Made by a program: the position numbers and the translations under genes. From NCBI GenBank assembly GCA_000166095.1, contig CP002278.1:90001-122000 (forward strand): a DNA stretch of 32,000 bases. Direction: 5' to 3'. Shown here one piece after another: positions 8,597-17,791 of this stretch (the first letter of the stretch is position 1; each line of letters starts with the position of its first letter). This DNA is from Methanothermus fervidus DSM 2088 (GTDB lineage Archaea; Methanobacteriota; Methanobacteria; DSM-2088; Methanothermaceae). Under the pieces are notes generated by a model. It saw nothing but the letters and a program-made list of their open reading frames with translations. It did not search any database and was not told the DNA's origin.

Positions 8597-9365
8597 AAGA
8601 ATCCTCCATAACTATATTTTTTAAATTTTTTACACAATTTTCAATATTTTTACATGACATTACATATGTTCCAACAAGTACAGCATCTGCTCCGTACTCA
8701 TATAGTTTTTTAACATCTGCTGGAGAACTTACACCACTTTCAGAAACTAAAATTGCATCTTTAACAAAAGGTGCCAATTTTTTTGTACGTTCTAAATCAA
8801 TTTCAAAAGTTCTTAAATCTCTGTTGTTTATACCAATAATCTCTGCACCTGCATCCAATGCTCTCTCAATTTCTTTAGAATTTTTACATTCTACTAAAGG
8901 TTCCATACCTAGAGACCTACACAATTCTATCCCTGAGGCCAAATCAGGATAGAGATCTGCTATCAAAAGTACAGAACTAGCACCATTAACTCTTGCTTCA
9001 TAAATTTGATATTCATCAATTATAAAATCTTTTCTTAAAATTGGTAAGTCAACAAGTGAGGATGCTTTTCTTAAATATTCAATACTGCCATCAAAATATC
9101 TTTCTTCAGTTAATATTGATATAGCGTCACATCCTCCCTTTTCAAATGCCTTCACACAATATTCTAAACTTTTACGTGAAATTTGACCTTTAGATGGTGA
9201 TGCTCTCTTGTATTCACATATTAACGAAAATTTACCTTTTAAAAATTTTTTAAAATCTTTAGGAGGTTTAGCATCTTTTAACTCATATTTTAACTTTTTA
9301 ATTGGTTTTTTATTCATTCTATTTTTTAAATCTTTTAATCTTTGTTTTACAATTTTGTTATACAT
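8586..9365 (-). CDS. trpC: Indole-3-glycerol phosphate synthase
   Basis: Motifs EYKRASPSKG, ISILTE..YF.GS, LRKDFIID.YQI, IGINNRDL and ESG. Confidence 0.92.
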   Translation of the reverse strand: MYNKIVKQRLKDLKNRMNKKPIKKLKYELKDAKPPKDFKKFLKGKFSLICEYKRASPSKGQISRKSLEYCVKAFEKGGCDAISILTEERYFDGSIEYLRKASSLVDLPILRKDFIIDEYQIYEARVNGASSVLLIADLYPDLASGIELCRSLGMEPLVECKNSKEIERALDAGAEIIGINNRDLRTFEIDLERTKKLAPFVKDAILVSESGVSSPADVKKLYEYGADAVLVGTYVMSCKNIENCVKNLKNIVMEDSCGS

Positions 9366-9953
9366 TTAATCCACCATTAGGAAATTTTTAAGTATTGTTT
9401 TCCCTTCTTTAGTACCAATAGACTCAGGATGAAATTGAAGACCAAAGACAGGATATTTTTTATGTTTTATACCCATTATTACATCCTTTGACATGGCTGT
9501 AACTTCAATACAATCAGGAATTGTTTTTGGGTCACATATTATTGAGTGATAACGTGTAGCTCTAAATGGATTTTTAACACCTTTGAATATTTCAGAACCA
9601 TTATGCTTTATCATGCTTATTTTCCCATGTACTGGAGTTGAATATTTTAATTTCCCACCAAATTCAACAAAAATACCTTGGTGACCTAAACAAATTCCTA
9701 AAATAGGTATTTTTTTATGGAATTTCTGTATTACCTCACTACAAATACCAAAATCTCTTTTATTAGTTGGATTCCCTGGTCCTGGAGAAATTATAATTTT
9801 TTCTGGGTTCAAATTTTTTATTTCGTCTATTTCTAATTCATCGTTTCGGATGACTTGTATTTTAACTTTTTTACCACTTTCTTTGATAATTTCTCCGATT
9901 CTCTGGTAAAGATTGTAAGTGAAGGAATCATAATTATCTATTATTAGTATCAT
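9366..9953 (-). CDS. trpG: Anthranilate synthase component II (glutamine amidotransferase)
   Basis: Motifs [19 protein letters not shown] (catalytic Cys) and QFHPES. GGTGGAAAATC precedes the ATG. Confidence 0.93.
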   Translation of the reverse strand: MILIIDNYDSFTYNLYQRIGEIIKESGKKVKIQVIRNDELEIDEIKNLNPEKIIISPGPGNPTNKRDFGICSEVIQKFHKKIPILGICLGHQGIFVEFGGKLKYSTPVHGKISMIKHNGSEIFKGVKNPFRATRYHSIICDPKTIPDCIEVTAMSKDVIMGIKHKKYPVFGLQFHPESIGTKEGKTILKNFLMVD

Positions 9954-11298
9954 GATTTTCCACCAAGTGCAGTGAATCTATTAATGCTCTAGCTTTGTTT
10001 TCACATTCTAAATATTCATTCTCTGGTATAGAATCATGAACTATTCCAGCTCCAGCCTGTATTCTTCCATATGAATTTTGAGATATTAAGGTTCTTATTG
10101 CTATTGCAAAATCTGCATTTCCATTCAATGAAAAGTATCCTACAGCTCCAGCATATACATCTCTAGGTTTCTTTTCAATTTCTTCTATTATTTCCATAGC
10201 TCTTATTTTTGGAGCACCACTAACAGTTCCTGCAGGAAACATTGATAAAAATGCGTCAACAGCTGTTTTGTCTTTTGATAATTTACCAACGACTTTAGAC
10301 ACAATATGTTGAACATGAGAAAACTTCTTCACAATCATGAATTCTGGAACTTTCACAGTCCCTATTTCACTAACCATGCCAACATCGTTTCTAGCTAAAT
10401 CTACCAACATCAAATGTTCTGCTAACTCTTTTTCATCGTTCAACAATTCTTTTTCCAATTTTTTATCTTCTTTTGAGTTTCTTCCTCTTGGTCTAGTTCC
10501 TGCGATTGGAAAAGTCTTTATTTTATTATTTTCGATTCTTACGAGCATTTCAGGACTAGATCCAATTATTTCTCTTTTTTTAAATTTCAAATGGTACATA
10601 TATGGTGAAGGATTTATCTTCCTTAAAATTTTATAAAATTCTATTTTGCTACCTTTTAGTTCATATTCGTAAGCATTGGAAATGACGCCTTGGAATATTT
10701 CACCTTTTTTTATTTTATGTTTAACTTTTCTGACCATGTCCTCAAATTCTTTTTTTGAGTAAAATTTTCCTTTATTTTTAAATGAAAATCTATCGTGTGT
10801 TGGTTCTTCATTTATTATTTTCTTCACTTCTTCGATTCTATTATCATTTATTGTAACGTAGTAACATTTTTTGTTTAAATGGTTAAAAATGATAGAATCC
10901 AAAAAAAGACCAAATTCGTAATCAGGGAAACTACCCCTTTTTAAGTCAAGTGGTAGGAAAAACCTTGCAGCAGGATAAGATACATATCCAACTAATCCCC
11001 CTGAAAATATGTGGCCATTAAAATTACTTTTTAAAATTTTTTTTATATCATTGAATGGATTATTTGTCCTAAATTTTTCAATGCTACCATCATCTATCTC
11101 TACACTCTTACCGTAAGATCTTATAATGTATTTAGGATCAAATCCAATAAATGAGTATCTTGATAAACTTGAATCACTTTCTCCTTTGGATTCTAACAAA
11201 AAACAATTTTCATATTCTTCATATATTCTCTCAAATACCTTAAAGGGATCTCTGTATTTTAATTTGATAATTTTTGGATTCTTTACTTTTACGTTGAT
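9934..11298 (-). CDS. trpE: Anthranilate synthase component I
   Basis: Motifs [38 protein letters not shown] and AGAGIV.DS.P..E..E..NKA. The track starts at TTG 11199, which splits the conserved N-terminal LLES block. The frame is open upstream to 11316. The only RBS (GGAGGTG, 11310-11304) lies there, so I extend to the in-frame ATC at 11298. The 5' end is uncertain (see findings). Confidence 0.9.
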   Translation of the reverse strand: MNVKVKNPKIIKLKYRDPFKVFERIYEEYENCFLLESKGESDSSLSRYSFIGFDPKYIIRSYGKSVEIDDGSIEKFRTNNPFNDIKKILKSNFNGHIFSGGLVGYVSYPAARFFLPLDLKRGSFPDYEFGLFLDSIIFNHLNKKCYYVTINDNRIEEVKKIINEEPTHDRFSFKNKGKFYSKKEFEDMVRKVKHKIKKGEIFQGVISNAYEYELKGSKIEFYKILRKINPSPYMYHLKFKKREIIGSSPEMLVRIENNKIKTFPIAGTRPRGRNSKEDKKLEKELLNDEKELAEHLMLVDLARNDVGMVSEIGTVKVPEFMIVKKFSHVQHIVSKVVGKLSKDKTAVDAFLSMFPAGTVSGAPKIRAMEIIEEIEKKPRDVYAGAVGYFSLNGNADFAIAIRTLISQNSYGRIQAGAGIVHDSIPENEYLECENKARALIDSLHLVENHDTNNR

Positions 11299-11349
11299 AT
11301 CGACACCTCCGAAAATTTATATACTATAAAGTTATATTTAAATCTTGTG

Positions 11350-11365
11350 TGTATAATATTATACA
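11350..11365. promoter_or_regulatory. Perfect 16-bp palindrome TGTATAATATTATACA in the trpE/trpY divergent control region (candidate TrpY operator, TRP-box-like)
   Basis: The sequence reads identically on both strands. It sits 11 nt upstream of the trpY ATG and upstream of the trpE TATA-like elements. Half-sites TGTATA/TATACA resemble the TGTACA TRP box described for Methanothermobacter TrpY. Confidence 0.5.
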
Positions 11366-11376
11366 TGGTGGTATAA

Positions 11377-11880
11377 ATGTGGAGAAGAATTAGTAAAAAA
11401 TTTAAAGATAATCCAAAAAGAGAAAAAGTAGCTAAAAAATTACTTGAATTGGGATTGAGAATATCTGAGGATGAAAAAATTTACTGTAAAGATGTTGAAA
11501 TTAGTTACACAGCCATTGCTAAAGCAACTGATGTAGATAGGAGAACTGTAAAAGCAACTGTTAAAGAATTATTAAATGATAAGGAGCTGTCAAAAATTTT
11601 CAGAAATATAATTCCAGCAGGGTTTTTATTAAAAAATCTTGTTAAAGATTTAAACTTAGGTTTAATAGAAATTGAAGCAAATGCAGATAATCCAGGAATT
11701 CTTGCAGAGGCCGCTAAAATATTAGCATCTGAGAATATAAGTATAAGACAGGCTTATGCTGAGGACCCTAAAATAGAAGGAAATCCGAAATTGACAATAA
11801 TTACTGAAATACCAATTCCAGGAAAATTATTTAGAAAATTTTTAGATATAAATGGAGTTAAAAGAGTTACAATATGTTAG
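11377..11880 (+). CDS. trpY: Trp-operon regulator TrpY-like protein (N-terminal HTH plus C-terminal ACT-like domain)
   Basis: 167 aa, divergent from trpE as in Methanothermobacter. The N-terminal region (ISYTAIAKATDVDRRTVKATVKEL) is HTH-like. The C-terminus (IEIEANADNPGILAEAAKILASENISIRQAY..LTIITE) is ACT-like. GGTGGT ataa ATG. Confidence 0.7.
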   Translation: MWRRISKKFKDNPKREKVAKKLLELGLRISEDEKIYCKDVEISYTAIAKATDVDRRTVKATVKELLNDKELSKIFRNIIPAGFLLKNLVKDLNLGLIEIEANADNPGILAEAAKILASENISIRQAYAEDPKIEGNPKLTIITEIPIPGKLFRKFLDINGVKRVTIC

Positions 11881-11892
11881 TTAGACCTTTAG

Positions 11893-13516
11893 GTGAGTCA
11901 TGTGGTTTCAAAAGAGATCATTGAAAATTTTCCATACAAAAAACCAAGAAAAGAGCAACTAGAGTTAATAGATAAAATATATGAAGCATTTGAAAGTTAT
12001 GATTATGTTGTATTAGAAGCTGGCACAGGTATTGGAAAATCAGGTATTGCAGCTACTCTTGCAAAAATCTATAATTCAGCTTATATTTTAACGATGACAA
12101 AACAACTGCAAAAACAATATTTTCATGATTTTAGATTCCCAATAGTCAAAGGAAGGAACAATTTCAAGTGTAAGATCAATAAAAATTTAACATGTGATGA
12201 AGGACCTTGTAGAATATTAAAATTGAATTGCCCCCATGATCCTTTAGATAAAAAGGAACTTGATAATTTAAAATCTGAATTAAATACTTCAGATGCCAAA
12301 AAAATTCAAATGTATATGGATGGAGATATATGTGATTACAGAAAACAAGTTTATATTGGTTATATATCCAATATAACAATTTTAAATTATCAGTATGCTA
12401 TAATGGCTTTTAATTATACAAGATTTTTTGATAAAAGATATTTAATGGTTTTTGATGAGGCCCATAATATAGAAGACATTGTCATGAAGCATGTAAGCTA
12501 TACATTAAATAATCAACTTCTTTATAAGGATATAGGTGAAAGATTACCTAATTACAAAAATTTGGAAAAATGGATTGATTATATAGCATACATATTGGAG
12601 AAATATAAAAAGAGGCTGAAGAAATTAAAAAAACAAATAAAAAATAATCAAAATGACGAACTACTGAGAAAAACTGTTAGAATGGAAAAACGCATAAAAA
12701 AATTAGAAATATTAAACAAAAACCATTAGGAAAAATCCAGACAATTGGATTATAGATATATATGAAAATAAAGTTGTTTTTAAGCCTATTTATGTAAGTG
12801 GAAATACCTCTGACCTTTTGTTTAAAGGGAATAAACATCTTTTTATGAGTGCTACAATCATAGATGTCAATCAGTTTTGTAAAGATATTGGTATCGATCC
12901 TAAAGAATGTTATTATTTAAAAAAAGAATCTCCTTTTGAAAAAGAAAAAAGACCTATAGTTTTAAAACTTGCAGGAAGATTGTCAAAACGATATAAAAAA
13001 ATTACCATGCCAAGGACCATCCCCATTCTCAAAAAAATTTTGAAAAAACATGAAGATGAAAAAGGATTAATACATACCAATAGTTATGAATTTCAAAAGT
13101 ATATAACCAGGAATATAAATAATCCAAGATTAATATATCACAATAACAGGAATAGAGAAGAAATTTTATATAAATTTAAGAGAAGTAAGGAACCACTCGT
13201 ATTAGTGAGTCCTTCTATGGGTGAAGGTGTAGACTTACCTTATGAAAATTGTACATTTCAGGTAATATATAAAATACCTTTTCCATATTTAGGTGACAAG
13301 CAAGTACGAATAAGAGCTGAAAGAGATCCAAATTGGTATGCATATAAAACTGTTATGACTCTTGTACAAGAATATGGACGTGGTATGAGAGCTAAAGATG
13401 ATTGGTGTGTAACTTATATTCTAGATAGCTCTATAAATACTATATTAAATGCTAAAGACTACCGAAAAATAGTACCAAAATATTTTAGAGAAGCTATTCA
13501 AAAAAAATTTATATAA
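11893..13516 (+). pseudogene. XPD/Rad3/DinG-family (DEAD_2) SF2 helicase, interrupted by a +1 frameshift at an A5 run (track ORFs 11893..12729 and 12818..13516)
   Basis: The N-terminal ORF carries Walker A EAGTGIGKSG, a Cys cluster CK..C..C..C (FeS domain) and the DEAH box VFDEAHNIED. The C-terminal ORF carries LFMSATI, GLIHTNSY, VSPSMGEGVDLP and QEYGRGMRAKDD (helicase_C_2). The C-terminal frame is open back to 12716 and the N-terminal frame stops at 12727-12729. Confidence 0.75.
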
Positions 13517-13534
13517 AGGGGAGAAACCCCCTTT
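13515..13534. terminator. Bidirectional hairpin between convergent helicase and Alba genes
   Basis: AAAGGGG agaaac CCCCTTT forms a 7-bp stem and 6-nt loop. It fills the 16-nt gap, overlaps both stop codons, and has a T-run following it on each strand. Confidence 0.5.
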
Positions 13535-13838
13535 ATTTTGGATTAGGATTTTTTAATCGTATTTCAATTGCAGACACATTTGTTGTGGTTCCATCGTTTC
13601 CAACAATTTCTTCAGTAGAGATGTTTATATCCTCAATTTCTACATTTGGCATAAATCTGTTTCTGACGATTTCTGCTACATCGACAGCTCGACTTATAGC
13701 TCTTCCACGGGCTTTTAAAGATACAACTTCTGCACCGCCGTTCATTTGAGTAACCACAGCAAGTACATAATTCATAACAGGTTTGTTACCGACATATACT
13801 ACGTTTCCAACTTCTTCCTCTGTCATTTCTTCTGCCAT
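13533..13838 (-). CDS. albA: Chromatin/RNA-binding protein Alba
   Basis: Motifs [42 protein letters not shown] match the Alba (Sso10b) family. The likely start is ATG at 13838 (GGAGGT agagtg ATG); the track starts at GTG 13841. Confidence 0.9.
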   Translation of the reverse strand: MAEEMTEEEVGNVVYVGNKPVMNYVLAVVTQMNGGAEVVSLKARGRAISRAVDVAEIVRNRFMPNVEIEDINISTEEIVGNDGTTTNVSAIEIRLKNPNPK

Positions 13839-13952
13839 CACTCTACCTCCCTGGACACTTTATTCACATCTTTCTTTTAAAAACGCAGGTATATATATTT
13901 TTTGGAACTTTCTATACAAAAATCTCAAATTTTGATTATAGTATAGATATTA

Positions 13953-14002
13953 ATGATGATGAAAAATTTTTCTGAATTGATGATGAAGGCCAGCGTCTCT
14001 GA
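13953..14002 (+). ncRNA. Box C/D sRNA candidate 3
   Basis: 5'-AUGAUGA(13953-59) ugaaaaauuuuu CUGA(13972-75) auug AUGAUGA(13980-86) aggccagcgucu CUGA(13999-14002)-3'. This is the textbook archaeal layout of 7-12-4-4-7-12-4, 50 nt in total. Confidence 0.68.
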
Positions 14003-14008
14003 CATGTT

Positions 14009-17000
14009 TTAGACAAATTGCTTTATTTCTTCATAAATACTATTAAGAACTTCTTGATAATTTCTTGAGCCTTCTTCAATTTCGTCCATTACTTTTTCAA
14101 GCTCTCTAGTTCTTTCTTCAGAAACCAACTTTTCATATGTATGTATTAAATAATTATATACATTAACTCCAAGCTTTGTTGGCAACAATTTTTTCTTTAA
14201 TTTTGTTTTTATTACATAACGTCTATCTAAAAGAGTATTAACAATTTTGGAATATGTAGATGGCCTACCTATACCTGATTTTTTCATTTTTTCAATTACA
14301 TCTCCTTCTGTAAATAAAGAAATCTTTGGTGCTTTCCAAGTTTTTATTTCTTTAATCTTTATTTTCTGACCTTCTTTAACTTCAGGAAGTTTTTTCATAG
14401 GTAATCTTACAATTTTTGTCCATCCAGGATCTATAATATCTGTATATCCTTCAATTTCTATTTCTTCATCGTCGATACCTAAAACTATTTTCTGATAATG
14501 TAAATTAACTGGTGTCATTTGTGAAGCCATAAATCTTTTAAATATTAAATTGTAAAGTCGTAAATGATCAGAAGTTAATTTTTTTGTAGTCCTGATAACA
14601 TTATTTCTTATTAATTGGATAATTTTCTCACTGTCAATTGGCCTTGTTGGTCTTATACACTCATGTGCTCCTTCTTTACCCCATTTTCTTGCTTTGAAAT
14701 ACTTCTCCCCTATTTCATTTTTTATATAATCCCTTGCTATGATATTACCAACATCGCTCACATAAGTAGCATCTGTCCTTATATAGGTGACAAACCCCAT
14801 TTCAAATAAATCCTGTGCTAACCTCATAGTTTTTGTTGTTGGAAATCCTAGTATTCTGGATGCATCCGTGAGTAATGTATCAGTTGTATACGGTGGATTG
14901 GGATTAATATCTTTCTCCTCTTTATTTACTTTTTTAACTTCTAAATAATCTGTCTCTTTTTTACCCTCAAGTATTATTTCCATTCTATTTTCCAAAGTTA
15001 GTTTCGTGAAATATGTTTCACTTTTTCTAAAGTCATTATACCTTTTTATAATCCAACCTAACACAGGTGTTTGAACCCTACCAGCAGATAAATATGTGTT
15101 ATCAAATTCTTCCCATAACTTCTGACTTAATTCAAAACCTATCCATCTATCTTCTATTCTTCTAACTATTTGGGCTTCAACCCTTTTTATATTTATTTTT
15201 GAAGCTTCTTTTATGGCTTTTAAAATAGCAGATCTTGTAACCTCATGGAACTCGACACGTTTTAAATTAGAAGTATAAGGGGAGAGAACATTCATTACAT
15301 CCCATGCTATTTTTTCACCTTCAACATCTGGATCTGTACCTATAAGTACTTCATCCACTTCTTGTGCTAATTCTCTCATCACCAAAATATTTTCAAAAGT
15401 ATCAATTATGTCATTAGATTTACATTTTGGACATGTAGAACCATTATTATTCACAAATTGATTGCCACATTCTCTACATCGTTTTATAGTATCATATATT
15501 GGTATAAAGTGGCCATTTTCTATTTTTATACCATGAAATCCCTCATCATTCACCAAATCGAATATATGTCCACCGGTTGCAACTATCATAAGAATACGGT
15601 TACCTATATTGGTCTCATAAACAGTTAACCTACCTATACGTCTTTTACCTATATTTCCAAACATGTTTGCTATAGTTCTTGCTTTATTTGGAGACTCAAC
15701 AATAAACAATGCAGATTTAACTATATTTTTTATTTCAAACTTACCATGTTTTTTAATTGCCTTAACTTTTTTTCTATCTTCATCTATTTTATTTAATATC
15801 TTCTTTAGTTTTAATTTTTCAAATGCCTTAAACTCATGTTTTTGGAATTGCCATTTATATTGTCTTTTTAAACCTTCAAAAACCTTTTCATCATCAATTA
15901 TCACAACACTTAATCCGTGAGTAATTCCACCAGCAAATAATCTTGATGCACGCCCGCTAGCTTGTATATAAGTTCTTAAATCAGGGAATTTTATACAAAG
16001 TTTATTGTTTTGGATTTCCATGCTTAAAAATTCGTTTGAAAATATTTTTTTCCGGATTTCTTCCTTTTTAAATATTTTTCTCACAAATTTTACACTATCA
16101 TCATAAATTTTTGTAATTCTAGAATCAGCATGTCCATTTTCTAGTTTTTTTTCTATTTCTTTTATCTTATATTTTGGAATTTTCTGTAATTTTGTGTATA
16201 GAGATTCAGCCTTCCTTTTATAATTACCTTTCAAAACATCTATAAGTACTCTTAATAAAATTATAATAGAATATAGTCTTGGAGAATCAAGATTTATAAC
16301 AAATCTATGTTTTGGAACACCTGTAAATATTGTGTACCTTACTCTTTCTGGGATATCTAAACCTCTGACAAGGACTCCATAATATGTTGCTACACCAACT
16401 AAATAATCAATTTTGCCTTCTTTAAATTCTTTGATTCCTGTTTTATCGGCTGATGATACCAATTTTACTTTGAATCCATTGTTTTTTAAGTAGTTTTCTA
16501 TTTTTTTTGCTTTTTCTATGCCCTGATCTGTAGGTACAAATATTATTCCACCATTTCCTAAAATATTTAAAAGTTTTACCAAATGTTTTTCAATTTTTTC
16601 ATCTGTTTTGATATAGCTATCTACCATGTTCCTGATTGTAGGTACTTCACCCGTAATTTCAAAATTAAGTAACTCTCTATAAATTTTTATTCTTTTATTT
16701 TTTACCTTTATGGTTGCAGAAGCAACAACCAAGTTTCCAATTTTATTTTTTTCCTTAAATTCTTTTATTTTATTTTCAATTTTTTTTATTTGTTCAGAAT
16801 TTCTTTTAGGTCCTCGTTCTTTTAATTTTATTAGTTCCCATCCTTTCTCAATTATTTCTTCTGAAAATCCTAGAAGTATCAGTGATCTATCTATATTCCT
16901 GGAAGATTTTAAAAATGCATCTACATCATCTATAAAGATAAAATCAAATTTTTTATTCTTTAAAATGTCAAAATTAATTGCTAAATATTGTGAAGTCGTA

Positions 17001-17560
17001 ACCAGAATATCAAAATCATCATTTTCTATTTTATTTTTCATTTTTTCTTTTTCTTTTAATTTGCCATGATAAAATGCAAGATTTACTTTTATTTGTGTTT
17101 TTTCCATGAACTTTTTGATCTTTTCAACAGTTTGTAACACTAAAGATGTTGTAGGTACAATTATGTATGATTTTTTATTTTTTAATGCATAATATAGTGA
17201 TGCGAATATTCCAAAAATACTCTTACCTACACCGGTTGGAGCTATTATAGGAAAACTTTCGCCTTTTATTAAACGAATAAACCATGTTTTTTGAATATTC
17301 CAAAATTTTGAATTAGTGGCTTTTTCAAAAAGATTTTCTATATCTTTGAGGTCTCTATGTAGCTCATATATTTCTTTCCAACCATAAAGATTATTATTCT
17401 CTTTTAAGTATTCTTCAATTTTTTCTAATAATTCATGATAATCTTCACACTGCAATTTTTTTTCAACACACGATTTACAAGGATTTTTAGCGTTTAATCG
17501 TGAATCGTCTATTTCTTTACCACAGTTGGGGCACATACCTTTGTATATCGCCCTATACAT
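14009..17560 (-). CDS. rgy: Reverse gyrase
   Basis: 1183 aa. Elements are an N-terminal Zn finger CPNCG..CKSC, SF2 helicase Walker A APTGVGKS and DDVD, TOPRIM FIVESPNKA, an internal Zn finger CRECG..CPKC, and a topo IA domain with the YIRTD tyrosine region. No intein is evident. Confidence 0.97.
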   Translation of the reverse strand: MYRAIYKGMCPNCGKEIDDSRLNAKNPCKSCVEKKLQCEDYHELLEKIEEYLKENNNLYGWKEIYELHRDLKDIENLFEKATNSKFWNIQKTWFIRLIKGESFPIIAPTGVGKSIFGIFASLYYALKNKKSYIIVPTTSLVLQTVEKIKKFMEKTQIKVNLAFYHGKLKEKEKMKNKIENDDFDILVTTSQYLAINFDILKNKKFDFIFIDDVDAFLKSSRNIDRSLILLGFSEEIIEKGWELIKLKERGPKRNSEQIKKIENKIKEFKEKNKIGNLVVASATIKVKNKRIKIYRELLNFEITGEVPTIRNMVDSYIKTDEKIEKHLVKLLNILGNGGIIFVPTDQGIEKAKKIENYLKNNGFKVKLVSSADKTGIKEFKEGKIDYLVGVATYYGVLVRGLDIPERVRYTIFTGVPKHRFVINLDSPRLYSIIILLRVLIDVLKGNYKRKAESLYTKLQKIPKYKIKEIEKKLENGHADSRITKIYDDSVKFVRKIFKKEEIRKKIFSNEFLSMEIQNNKLCIKFPDLRTYIQASGRASRLFAGGITHGLSVVIIDDEKVFEGLKRQYKWQFQKHEFKAFEKLKLKKILNKIDEDRKKVKAIKKHGKFEIKNIVKSALFIVESPNKARTIANMFGNIGKRRIGRLTVYETNIGNRILMIVATGGHIFDLVNDEGFHGIKIENGHFIPIYDTIKRCRECGNQFVNNNGSTCPKCKSNDIIDTFENILVMRELAQEVDEVLIGTDPDVEGEKIAWDVMNVLSPYTSNLKRVEFHEVTRSAILKAIKEASKINIKRVEAQIVRRIEDRWIGFELSQKLWEEFDNTYLSAGRVQTPVLGWIIKRYNDFRKSETYFTKLTLENRMEIILEGKKETDYLEVKKVNKEEKDINPNPPYTTDTLLTDASRILGFPTTKTMRLAQDLFEMGFVTYIRTDATYVSDVGNIIARDYIKNEIGEKYFKARKWGKEGAHECIRPTRPIDSEKIIQLIRNNVIRTTKKLTSDHLRLYNLIFKRFMASQMTPVNLHYQKIVLGIDDEEIEIEGYTDIIDPGWTKIVRLPMKKLPEVKEGQKIKIKEIKTWKAPKISLFTEGDVIEKMKKSGIGRPSTYSKIVNTLLDRRYVIKTKLKKKLLPTKLGVNVYNYLIHTYEKLVSEERTRELEKVMDEIEEGSRNYQEVLNSIYEEIKQFV

Positions 17561-17791
17561 TTTTTATCCTCCAAAAAATTAAAATATTGTCTTAAATAAA
17601 TGTTAAAAAAATTAATGTGGATCCTTGATCATGCATTACTTATCTTTTTGTTTAATAAACTTAATTATTTAACCAATAAAAATTTGTAGTTAAAGTTGTG
17701 GAAAATTAAAAACAATAACAAAAATAATTTTCTCATTTTTTAAAATAAAATTTATTCAGGAAAAATCATTGGAAAAATTTTAGGTGATAGG

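Noticed and set aside
11197-11199. TTG at 11199 as the true trpE start (as given in the ORF track)
   Set aside because: It has no upstream SD. It truncates a conserved-looking N-terminus in the middle of the LLES block, and the frame stays open for 39 more codons up to a perfect GGAGGTG.
12730-12817. Gap between the two helicase ORFs as an insertion (mobile element or intein) or as two independent split genes
   Set aside because: The second frame is open and codes sensible sequence right through the gap back to 12716. No extra DNA is present, and no start codon or RBS exists for an independent second gene. A single-base frame change explains everything.
14009-17560. Possible intein or split in reverse gyrase (and in Lhr, 22085..24685)
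   Set aside because: Both ORFs are continuous and of normal length. Helicase and topoisomerase motifs appear in the expected order, with no extra insert.
17561-17791. The rgy-hypD intergenic region (231 nt), searched for sRNA boxes, small ORFs (a 24-aa MWILDHALL... ORF) and repeats
   Set aside because: I found only A/T-rich promoter-like sequence, with no C/D box pairs and no stable stems. The tiny ORF lacks an RBS.
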